Of a stretch of DNA of 39,708 nt, positions 32,249 to 39,708 are shown in pieces. Numbering within the stretch: the stretch's first letter is position 1; every line of letters begins with the position of its first letter. A model generated the notes under the pieces. That model was not told the DNA's origin and searched no databases. It was given only the letters and a program-made list of their open reading frames with translations. Made by a program: the position numbers and the translations under genes. The stretch is from the NCBI GenBank assembly GCA_030612405.1, contig JAUWNY010000001.1, forward strand, positions 1 through 39,708, written 5' to 3'. This DNA is from Candidatus Methanophagales archaeon. Lineage in GTDB: Archaea; Halobacteriota; Syntropharchaeia; Alkanophagales; Methanospirareceae.

Positions 32249-33805
32249 ATGGTATCAAGAAAAGTGACAATTGGACTGGTAGTAATTGGCATAATAGTGT
32301 TGGGCGTCTTAATAGCAGGTTGTTTAAAGCAGGAAGAAGCTCCGAAGCGAGAACTCACAATTGGTGTAAGGGGATGGGCAGGACCATCTGATATAATATC
32401 AGCGATGGGTGGCAGTGCTGATCATCTGGTCTTCGAAACGCTTGTCATGATGGATCAAAATAAGGAGTTTAAGCCGCTATTGGCTGAATCTTGGGACATT
32501 TCCGATGATGGGAAAACATACACCTTCCATTTAAGGGATAAAGTGAAATTCCACGATGGAACTCCACTAACAGCAAATGATGTCAAATTTTCGATTAACC
32601 ACTTCAAATATCCCCCACTAATATCTGTTATAGAGGACATACAGGTTACAGATGATCATACGGTGAAATTTATTCTGAAAAGACCTTCCCCCCAGTTTCT
32701 CTTTGAGTTACACTTTGGTGGTGCGATTATAAAGCCCACTGAATATGAAAATGGCGTGGTGACAAATGCAGTAGGAACAGGTTCATTTAGACTCGGGGAT
32801 CATGCTAAAGATCAGTATTTTACTGTCATTAAAAATGAAAACTACTGGGGTGGCAATGTGAAACTCGACAAAGTAACTTTCAAAGTAATACCCTCCCCTC
32901 ACACGAGGGTAATGGCACTCGAAACCGGCGAAATAGATATGACTGGGACCGATGCAGGAAGTCACATTCCAACCGATGCAATTTCAGGATTAAAAAATAT
33001 TCCTGACCTTGAACTAATGAAATCTGAGAAGACAGGGTTCAGAATTAATGTTGTCGCTTTCAATTGCCTTAAGTCACCGTTTAATGATTTGCGTGTAAGA
33101 AAAGCGGCTTGCTATGCAATTGACAAAAATGCAATAAATGTGATTCTTGGAGATGGAGGCAGAGTTGTTGATGGACCTGTCTTTCCTGAAACTGAGTGGT
33201 ACAATCCTACAATTAAGGGTTATCCATACGATTTAGAGAAAGCCAAAAAACTATTAGCCGAAGCAGGATGGGAGGACACGGATGGCGACGGAATCTTAGA
33301 GAAGGATGGAAAGCCCTTTAAGGTCTCTTTCGTTATATCTCAAGTAAGCCCGCTTTGGTCTAATATCGCAGAGGTGATACAAGCGCAATTGAAAAGGGTG
33401 GGCATAGATGTGAAAATACAGGTGTTGGAGTCAGGAGCACATTTTGCAGCTCTGAGCAGGGGCAGTTTTGATACGACGATCAAGGTGGATACAGGGACGC
33501 CAAGGATACCTCCCGACTTTTCACATACCTATCATTCCATCTCCAGAGCAGGTGGGTGGGGTGCAAAATTAATCGAAAACGAAACTCTCGACCGCTTGAT
33601 CAATCAGCATCTTTCCACTCTCGATCATGGAAAGCAACTTGAACTTGCTTATGAGATACAAGAGGTCATCAATGAAAACAGACCTGTCGCACTCTACATC
33701 GAAGACTATCGCATAATAGCGATGAACAAAAAAGTCCAGGGCTTTGAGCCCATGCCAGGATGGAGTTCGCTCCGCTATCTCTGGACGGTGAATATTGAGG
33801 ACTAA
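32249..33805 (+). CDS. ABC substrate-binding protein, family 5, copy 4 (divergent)
   Basis: 518 aa. Lipobox-like IAGC. LAESWDISDDGKTYTFHLRDKVKFHDGTPLTA and GTGSFRL. Confidence 0.9.
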   Translation: MVSRKVTIGLVVIGIIVLGVLIAGCLKQEEAPKRELTIGVRGWAGPSDIISAMGGSADHLVFETLVMMDQNKEFKPLLAESWDISDDGKTYTFHLRDKVKFHDGTPLTANDVKFSINHFKYPPLISVIEDIQVTDDHTVKFILKRPSPQFLFELHFGGAIIKPTEYENGVVTNAVGTGSFRLGDHAKDQYFTVIKNENYWGGNVKLDKVTFKVIPSPHTRVMALETGEIDMTGTDAGSHIPTDAISGLKNIPDLELMKSEKTGFRINVVAFNCLKSPFNDLRVRKAACYAIDKNAINVILGDGGRVVDGPVFPETEWYNPTIKGYPYDLEKAKKLLAEAGWEDTDGDGILEKDGKPFKVSFVISQVSPLWSNIAEVIQAQLKRVGIDVKIQVLESGAHFAALSRGSFDTTIKVDTGTPRIPPDFSHTYHSISRAGGWGAKLIENETLDRLINQHLSTLDHGKQLELAYEIQEVINENRPVALYIEDYRIIAMNKKVQGFEPMPGWSSLRYLWTVNIED

Positions 33806-33807
33806 AA

Positions 33808-34824
33808 ATGGACAAGATTATATACAGGATGCCCGAAGCGGATTTTGGACTTATAGGTGAAATAGCAAAAGGAAACGAAAAAGCGAATATCCTATTTGCT
33901 GCAGCAGACTTAGAAATTTTTGATTCGCTCACCCACCCAAAAACAGCAGACCAGGTCTCAGAGGAAATCAAGACCGACCCGTACTTGACTGAGAAGTTCT
34001 TGAATGCACTGGTAGCCCTGAATCTTATCCACAAAATAGATAATCGATACTCGAATACCAAACTTGCAGAGACGTTTCTTGTAAGAAAAAGCCCTTTTTA
34101 TCAGGGCACTTTATTTGAGATGAAGAAGAGAGGATTAACAGATTGGCAAAGAATAAGTGATGCCCTGAAGAACGGTGGCATTAAAATTAAAGCAGGAACA
34201 GAAAATAAGAGCATCATTGACAGGACTTTTATTGTAGGACATGCTGAAATAGCCATCACAGGAGCTATGCAAAGAGCGGTAGATGCTGTGTCATCACTTC
34301 CAGAATTTAAAGGAGCAAAGAAGCTTCTCGACCTTGGAGGAGGTCATGGGCTGTATTCTATTGCCTTCCATCAATTGAAGCCAGACCTCGAAGTTGTTTT
34401 ATTTGATTTGCCTCACGTTACAGAAATTGCAAAAGAATATCTTGAGCAGCATGGAACGCAAGGCAAGATAAACATTATCGCTGCTGATTTCACTAAGGAC
34501 GATATTGGCAATGGCTATGACGTTATTTTCGTATCTGATGTGACAATAACAGGTATCCTAAAAAAGGTATATGATGCTCTGAATGAGAATGGTGTTTTGA
34601 TATATCGACGATGGACAATTAACGATGATAGAACATCACCTTTAACCTCTGTTTTATTTGATTTCATGCTGGCAATGAGGAGGAGTGAGCACCGGGTATA
34701 CACATTGGGAGAATACATCCGTCTTTTAGAAGCCACCGGATTCTCTATCACACGAATTTTAGACCTCTCCTCTCCACAAGACCCAACAAAAATCATCGTT
34801 GCAAAGAAGAAGGAGAGATGCTGA
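33808..34824 (+). CDS. Class I SAM-dependent methyltransferase of the small-molecule O-methyltransferase family (winged-helix dimerisation domain + Rossmann domain)
   Basis: 338 aa. SAM motif I LLDLGGGHGLYSIAF, acidic loop VLFDLPHV, and the N-terminal ~100-aa helical domain typical of the COMT/CrtF/BchU-like family. Confidence 0.8.
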   Translation: MDKIIYRMPEADFGLIGEIAKGNEKANILFAAADLEIFDSLTHPKTADQVSEEIKTDPYLTEKFLNALVALNLIHKIDNRYSNTKLAETFLVRKSPFYQGTLFEMKKRGLTDWQRISDALKNGGIKIKAGTENKSIIDRTFIVGHAEIAITGAMQRAVDAVSSLPEFKGAKKLLDLGGGHGLYSIAFHQLKPDLEVVLFDLPHVTEIAKEYLEQHGTQGKINIIAADFTKDDIGNGYDVIFVSDVTITGILKKVYDALNENGVLIYRRWTINDDRTSPLTSVLFDFMLAMRRSEHRVYTLGEYIRLLEATGFSITRILDLSSPQDPTKIIVAKKKERC

Positions 34825-35756
34825 AATATATATTAAAACGGCTTCTATTGGTTTTTGTAGTGGTCCTTGGTGTAACAGTGGTTACTTTTTCTGCAATGCA
34901 GTCCGCTCCTGGCGACCCTGCAGAGATGATTGCGGTAGCCAGGTATGGCGAGGACTTGACACAAGAGGAAATAGAATGGGTAAGGGTAACAGAGGGCTTA
35001 GACGCTCCAGTGTATATTCAATACCTAGGATGGCTGGAGCACGTTTTACGCCTGGATCTGGGTAAGTCACTGATAACCTATGAAGATGTCTTAGAAGAGA
35101 TACTGACCAGATTCCCGGCAACCCTGGTGTTGACAATCTCAAGTTTAATTTTATCTCTATTGATAGCGCTACCTATTGGAATAATCAGTGCCGTCAGAAA
35201 AAATACTATTGTTGATAATGCGTGCATGACCGGCGCTTTGCTTGGGGTGTCCATGCCCAACTTCTGGCTGGGATTGCTTTTAATCTGGTTATTTGCTCTA
35301 TCTCTTGGATTGCTTCCCAGTTTTGGCTACGGCAGCATCAAACATCTTATTCTTCCCACGATAACCTTAGGCACATCAATGGCTGCTATCACAACTCGCC
35401 TTACTCGTTCGAGCATGCTGGATGTGCTAAACCAGGATTACATAGTAACGGCAAAAGCAAAAGGATTGGATGAGAAAACAATACTTTTAAAGCATGCGTT
35501 GAAAAATGCTATGCTACCCGTAATTACGTTTGTGGGGTTGCAGTTGGGCTTTTTACTTGGAGGAGCTGTTATTGTTGAGACAATATTCGCATGGCCCGGA
35601 ATTGGAAGATTATTGGTGGACTCCATATATGCCAGGGATTTTGCGTTAATTCAAGGTTGTGTCTTATTTATTGCTGTTATTTTCGCATTAGCCAACCTGG
35701 CAGTAGATATCCTCTATGCCTACTTAGACCCGAGAATAAGGTACGAGAAAAAATGA
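34818..35756 (+). CDS. ABC transporter permease (DppB/OppB/NikB-type)
   Basis: 312 aa. N-terminal MLKYILKRLL signature of this family. EAA-like loop YIVTAKAKGLDEKTILLKHALKNA. Confidence 0.9.
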   Translation: MLKYILKRLLLVFVVVLGVTVVTFSAMQSAPGDPAEMIAVARYGEDLTQEEIEWVRVTEGLDAPVYIQYLGWLEHVLRLDLGKSLITYEDVLEEILTRFPATLVLTISSLILSLLIALPIGIISAVRKNTIVDNACMTGALLGVSMPNFWLGLLLIWLFALSLGLLPSFGYGSIKHLILPTITLGTSMAAITTRLTRSSMLDVLNQDYIVTAKAKGLDEKTILLKHALKNAMLPVITFVGLQLGFLLGGAVIVETIFAWPGIGRLLVDSIYARDFALIQGCVLFIAVIFALANLAVDILYAYLDPRIRYEKK

Positions 35757-36610
35757 ACGAAACGTGGATAGCACTTAAGGAACTCGGAGAAAACAGGATG
35801 GCTGCAGTAGGGATAGTAATCATCATCATTTTAGTATTTGTTGCGTTTTTCGCCCCTTTCCTTGCACCCCATAACCCTTTAGAACAAAATCTGGAAAAAC
35901 GGCTGCTCGCACCCAATAGCGAATACCCTTTTGGCACTGATGAACTGGGAAGGGGCATATTCTCAAGAGTCCTGTATGGGACGAGAATATCCTTAGAAAT
36001 TGGCGTTATAGTAGTGGGAATAACAGCCTTAGTTGGCACAATCCTTGGGGGTATATCTGGCTACTACGGTGGAATAGTGGATGAGATTATAATGAGGTCG
36101 GTGGATATAGTGCTTGCTTTTCCAAGCATAATTCTCGCTTTGGTGATTGCAGGACTTTTAGGACCCGGCCTTTTCAATGTGATACTTGCCCTTGCCGTGA
36201 CGCATTGGCCTGCATACACAAGACTTGTGAGGGGGATGGCACTCTCCGTAAAGGAAAAAGAATTTGTTGAAGCGGCAAGAGCGTTAAGAGCCTCAAACTT
36301 CTATATTATGCGTCGTCATATCTTGCCAAATTGTATAAGTCCTGTTATTGTGCTTGCAACTCTTGGTATTGCCCATACGATAATTTTTGCAGCAGCTCTC
36401 AGTTTCTTAGGCTTGGGCATTCAACCTCCTACACCTGAGTGGGGATCAATGCTTAAATCAGGCATCCCTTATTTGCGTAGTGCACCTTTTTTAACCTTTT
36501 TCCCAGGCATCATGATAATGATTACCGTGCTTGCTTTTAATTTTTTAGGTGATGGATTAAGAGATACGTTAGATCCAAGGGCAAAGGAAATGATAATGAT
36601 GAGGAAATGA
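35753..36610 (+). CDS. ABC transporter permease (DppC/OppC/NikC-type)
   Basis: The start is moved to the ATG at 35753 (MNETWIALKEL...), which overlaps the upstream stop as ATGA. 285 aa. EAA-like FVEAARALRASNFYIMRRHILPN. Confidence 0.85.
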   Translation: MNETWIALKELGENRMAAVGIVIIIILVFVAFFAPFLAPHNPLEQNLEKRLLAPNSEYPFGTDELGRGIFSRVLYGTRISLEIGVIVVGITALVGTILGGISGYYGGIVDEIIMRSVDIVLAFPSIILALVIAGLLGPGLFNVILALAVTHWPAYTRLVRGMALSVKEKEFVEAARALRASNFYIMRRHILPNCISPVIVLATLGIAHTIIFAAALSFLGLGIQPPTPEWGSMLKSGIPYLRSAPFLTFFPGIMIMITVLAFNFLGDGLRDTLDPRAKEMIMMRK

Positions 36611-37560
36611 CTTTATTGAAAATAGAAGACCTGGGGGTTTATTTCAATGCGAGGGGAAGAATTGTAAAAGCAAACAATGGCGTTGATTTAGAGATAGAGG
36701 AAAATGAGATTTTAGGCTTAATAGGGGAGACTGGCTGTGGGAAATCAATCCTTGGAAGGGCGATAATAGGGCTGCTTTCAGAAAATGTAGAAATTAAGGG
36801 AAAAATCATTTACCGGAGAGAAAATTTATTGACGCTTTCTGAAGACAAAATGAGGCAAATTAGAGGTAAAGAGATTGGAATGATGCTCCAGAATCCGTCT
36901 ACCTCACTGAATCCCGTGTTAACTGTTGGAGAGCAGATAGCAGAAGTTTACCGCTATCACGAGGGCATTGGAAAAGAAGAAGCGAGAAAGAAAGCGGCGG
37001 AGACGTTCAAATTGGTTGGCATAGACCCAGAAAGGATGGATGAATATCCACATCAATTTAGCGGTGGGATGAAGCAGCGAGTTATGATTGCCATTGGATT
37101 AGCACTAAATCCCCGAATTTTAATAGCAGATGAACCAACCACAGGCTTGGATTACTCAATGAAAAAAAAGATTGTAGATTTGATGTCTGAGTTAGTCAGA
37201 AGCAGGAACATGAGTATGCTGCTAATAACCCATGACCTGGAAGTGGCGAAAAGAATGTGTGACAGAATTGCAGTAATGTATGCAAGCGAACTGTTGGAAA
37301 TTGCCCCTGTTGAGAAAATTTTATCTGAGCCCAAGCACCCTTACACGCAAGATCTGCTGGACTCACTTCCACGTAGAGGCTTAAAGCCAATACCGGGTGC
37401 AAGCCCCAGCCTCACTTCACTCCCCGCAGGGTGTAGATTCCATCCGAGGTGCAGATATAAAAGCGATGAGTGTTCAGAAAAACATCCAGAGATGATAGAG
37501 ATAGAGGCTAAAAACCATGTAAGGTGCTTCCTATATAAAAATGACGAGAATAAAGGTTGA
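36607..37560 (+). CDS. ABC transporter ATP-binding protein (DppD/OppD/NikD-type)
   Basis: 317 aa. Walker A GETGCGKS, signature FSGGMKQR, Walker B ILIADEPT. C-terminal Cys-rich extension CRFHPRCRYKSDEC. Confidence 0.9.
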   Translation: MTLLKIEDLGVYFNARGRIVKANNGVDLEIEENEILGLIGETGCGKSILGRAIIGLLSENVEIKGKIIYRRENLLTLSEDKMRQIRGKEIGMMLQNPSTSLNPVLTVGEQIAEVYRYHEGIGKEEARKKAAETFKLVGIDPERMDEYPHQFSGGMKQRVMIAIGLALNPRILIADEPTTGLDYSMKKKIVDLMSELVRSRNMSMLLITHDLEVAKRMCDRIAVMYASELLEIAPVEKILSEPKHPYTQDLLDSLPRRGLKPIPGASPSLTSLPAGCRFHPRCRYKSDECSEKHPEMIEIEAKNHVRCFLYKNDENKG

Positions 37561-38239
37561 GAACCTGAAAAAATATTTCTATTCAGGAATATTCAGGAAG
37601 AAAGTGATAAAGGCGGTTGATGGTGTGAGTTTTGAGATAAAGGAAGGAAAAACTTTGGGTTTGGTTGGTGAGAGCGGCTGCGGGAAAACAACTGTTGGGA
37701 GGACAATTTCAAGACTTATAAATCCTACAGAGGGGAAAATAATCTTCGGTGGTGAAGACATTACGAGCCTGAATGGCCGCGAACTAAAAAAATTGGGAAG
37801 GGAGATGCAGGTGATATTCCAGAATCCCGAGTCATCTCTGAATCCGAGGATGAGAATCTATGACAGTATTGCTGAACCCCTAAGGATTCATAAGGTCTGT
37901 AATAAAAAAGAGGAAAAAGAGAGGATTTATGAGTTAATCGAAACGGTTAATTTAAATGAAGAGCTTCTATTCAGGTATCCTCATGAGTTAAGTGGCGGGC
38001 AAATTCAGAGAGTTGTGATAGCAAGAATTTTGAGTTTGAATCCAAAATTTATTATTGCAGATGAGCCCACTTCTATGCTGGATGTCTCAGTCCAGGCACA
38101 AATTCTCAATTTGATGAAGGATTTGCAGAAAAAATATGGGATAAGTTACCTGTTTATTTCCCACGACTTAGAAGTAGTAGAGTGGATGAGTGATGAAATT
38201 GCTATAATGCATAAAGGAAAGATTGTGGAGAGGAAATAA
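37541..38239 (+). CDS. ABC transporter ATP-binding protein (DppF/OppF/NikE-type, short form)
   Basis: 232 aa. Walker A GESGCGKTT, signature LSGGQIQR, Walker B FIIADEPT. Confidence 0.9.
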   Translation: MTRIKVENLKKYFYSGIFRKKVIKAVDGVSFEIKEGKTLGLVGESGCGKTTVGRTISRLINPTEGKIIFGGEDITSLNGRELKKLGREMQVIFQNPESSLNPRMRIYDSIAEPLRIHKVCNKKEEKERIYELIETVNLNEELLFRYPHELSGGQIQRVVIARILSLNPKFIIADEPTSMLDVSVQAQILNLMKDLQKKYGISYLFISHDLEVVEWMSDEIAIMHKGKIVERK

Positions 38240-38306
38240 GTATATTAATTGGAAAGTTTATCTTGGTAAAAGCACTTCTTTTCTAAAAGGCACACTAAAC
38301 TAACAA

Positions 38307-39668
38307 ATGAACCTAAAAGAAGCCACCAGGATATTGGTTTTAGACACCATTCACGGAGCGGAAATAATTGCAGAAGAGCTAAAGGAACTTGGAAAACAAG
38401 CGGAGGTGTTCGACCCATACCATCAGACCTTTACTAAAGCGTTGGATTACGATCTGGTTATCGCACCGGTTCACCTAAATCCAAACTTCGAGGTTGTAAA
38501 ACGGGCTTTAACGATGGAGATACCTTTTATGAGCCATCACAAAGCGATAAAAGAAATTGCACGTTTGAAAAACCTGTTCAGCGATACAAAGGTGGTGGAA
38601 GTAACGGGGACGGTGGGGAAGACGGCGGTCTGCGAACTAATCTGTCAGCTGCTGAAAAACAATAATGCGAAGGTGCTTTCTCATACCAGTTCCGTTACAA
38701 GATTCCAATCGGCAGGGGAAGAGGTGCAATTCCCCAGAATCGGCGGCGCACCTGCGAACGTATTAAAAGTGATGCGCATAGCGAAAGAAAAGAATTTGAA
38801 GGCGGAGATTGCAGTATTTGAAATTTCGCTTGGTTTAACGGGAATCGGCGATGTAGGCGTAATAACGAGTTTGGAAGCAGATTACCGGATTGCCGGTGGC
38901 ACAAAAGACGCTTCTGTTGCGAAAATCGCCTCGATACAGAATTACGCAGACGAAATAGAAGGTAGAAACAGAAAAAGCGCCGTGATAGTTCTTCCAGATA
39001 GTTTCGCGGAAATGCCGGAAAAACGAAAAAATGAACTGAAAGGGTTCAGGTTCAATACGAACTTCTTTGGCGCCACGGCAAAGGCAAAGAACCTGTGGTT
39101 AGACGATACCGAGCACAAGGTCTTTTTCGACGGGCTGAAAACCGTAAATGGTGATTCCGTAAGTGGCGGGATGAAATTCCATTTTGAAGCTGGTTTCTAC
39201 GGGGACTATTACAGGAACAGTTTAGAAGCGTCGTTTTGCACGGTTTTGAGTCTTGGCATTCCACCAGAAAGGGTCAATACAGGCGACATTTCCGCAGTGC
39301 GCGGCAGATTGAAGGTTGAGAACCGAAAAGGGCGGTTTTTGATTGATAATTCCAATTCAGGCACAAAATTGACGTTCCTCGATGTGATAACGGAAATGGC
39401 GCGGCGGTATTCTGATAAGATGATTCTGATTGTTGGCGTGGAGTCGGAATATGTGTGTGAAGGTGTGAACGAGGAAGAACTGAAAGAAGTGGTAGCGAGT
39501 GCAGCAAGAGATTTCGTTGAGATAATAATCGTGGGTGATGAGTTCAAGGATAAAATCGAAGGTAAGACGGTGTTTTTTTCTGATACGCTGGATGCGGCGT
39601 TGGAGAAGGCGGTCAGCGATTCAGAAGAAGGTTCTGTGATTATCTCTAACGTGAAGACGTGGCGGTGA
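38307..39668 (+). CDS. cfbE: Mur-ligase-family protein, probable coenzyme F430 synthetase (CfbE-like)
   Basis: 453 aa. Rossmann-like N-domain, Mur-ligase P-loop GTVGKT (nt 38607-38624), and a three-domain length. In archaea without a (pseudo)murein context, the known Mur-ligase homolog is CfbE. The symbol is given on family and context, not on remembered sequence identity. Confidence 0.5.
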   Translation: MNLKEATRILVLDTIHGAEIIAEELKELGKQAEVFDPYHQTFTKALDYDLVIAPVHLNPNFEVVKRALTMEIPFMSHHKAIKEIARLKNLFSDTKVVEVTGTVGKTAVCELICQLLKNNNAKVLSHTSSVTRFQSAGEEVQFPRIGGAPANVLKVMRIAKEKNLKAEIAVFEISLGLTGIGDVGVITSLEADYRIAGGTKDASVAKIASIQNYADEIEGRNRKSAVIVLPDSFAEMPEKRKNELKGFRFNTNFFGATAKAKNLWLDDTEHKVFFDGLKTVNGDSVSGGMKFHFEAGFYGDYYRNSLEASFCTVLSLGIPPERVNTGDISAVRGRLKVENRKGRFLIDNSNSGTKLTFLDVITEMARRYSDKMILIVGVESEYVCEGVNEEELKEVVASAARDFVEIIIVGDEFKDKIEGKTVFFSDTLDAALEKAVSDSEEGSVIISNVKTWR

Positions 39669-39685
39669 TTATAGTCATTCCGAGA

Positions 39686-39708
39686 ATTATTAACCACCAG
39701 ATTACACA
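39686..39708. repeat. Truncated copy of the AATTATTAACCACCAGATTACACA repeat at the window edge
   Basis: Identical at 23/23 positions to 14736-14758. It begins 18 nt after the stop of the CfbE-like gene. Confidence 0.8.

Noticed and set aside
35591-35752. The upstream extension of the second permease ORF (track start 35591)
   Set aside because: The extension overlaps the last 166 nt of the first permease gene in another frame. The ATG at 35753 gives the canonical ATGA stop/start overlap and the usual N-terminus for DppC/NikC-type permeases.
39209-39697. Minus-strand 162-aa ORF at the window end
   Set aside because: It is antisense to the CfbE-like gene, with a Ser/Thr-rich shadow-ORF composition.
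981-39708. A CRISPR array, suggested by the recurring ~30-nt repeats and the GRG-coding repeats
   Set aside because: Repeat copies are kilobases apart or in inverted orientation. There is no regular repeat-spacer periodicity and there are no cas genes. The GRG repeats are coding low-complexity sequence.

Overview
The window is a densely coding archaeal chromosomal segment. Gene content looks euryarchaeal and methanogen/ANME-like: PAN, Hef, Rpo4/RpoF plus DUF655, aNAC, aMBF1, ApgM, S-adenosylhomocysteinase, an Mmp15-like BadF-type ATPase and a CfbE-like Mur ligase. I support about 45 protein genes. I saw no rRNA, tRNA or CRISPR array.

Four things stand out against the housekeeping backbone:

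1. 62-5259 (-) is a tightly packed ten-gene operon. It encodes a DUF134 HTH protein, an Mrp/NBP35 ATPase, two NifX-like proteins, two MinD/CooC-like ATPases with ferredoxin inserts, and several Gly/Arg-rich mini-proteins. This looks like an uncharacterised metallocluster-handling system and is not nitrogen fixation.

2. 7547-10566 (+) is an A/T-rich single-gene insertion encoding a single-chain Type IIG/IIL restriction-modification enzyme, located next to a DUF45 metallopeptidase gene.

3. 21400-39668 (+) is the most interesting block. An ABC-2 exporter pair is followed by a 14-gene operon with almost no intergenic space. One Nik/Opp-type ABC translocon (2 permeases, 2 ATPases) is combined with four family-5 substrate-binding proteins. 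Embedded among them are two DUF364 'heavy-metal chelation' proteins, a PNPOx-like flavoprotein, two BioB/HydE-like radical SAM paralogs with a non-canonical CX5CX2C motif, and an OMT-family methyltransferase. A CfbE-like (coenzyme F430 synthetase-like) ligase gene lies immediately downstream. I propose a previously undescribed nickel-linked small-molecule system, either a nickelophore with its biosynthesis and uptake genes, or an F430-tailoring pathway.

4. A family of about 30-nt intergenic repeats recurs at gene ends, including one MITE-like inverted-repeat composite.

All functional calls come from motifs read by eye in the translated ORFs. No database search was run.
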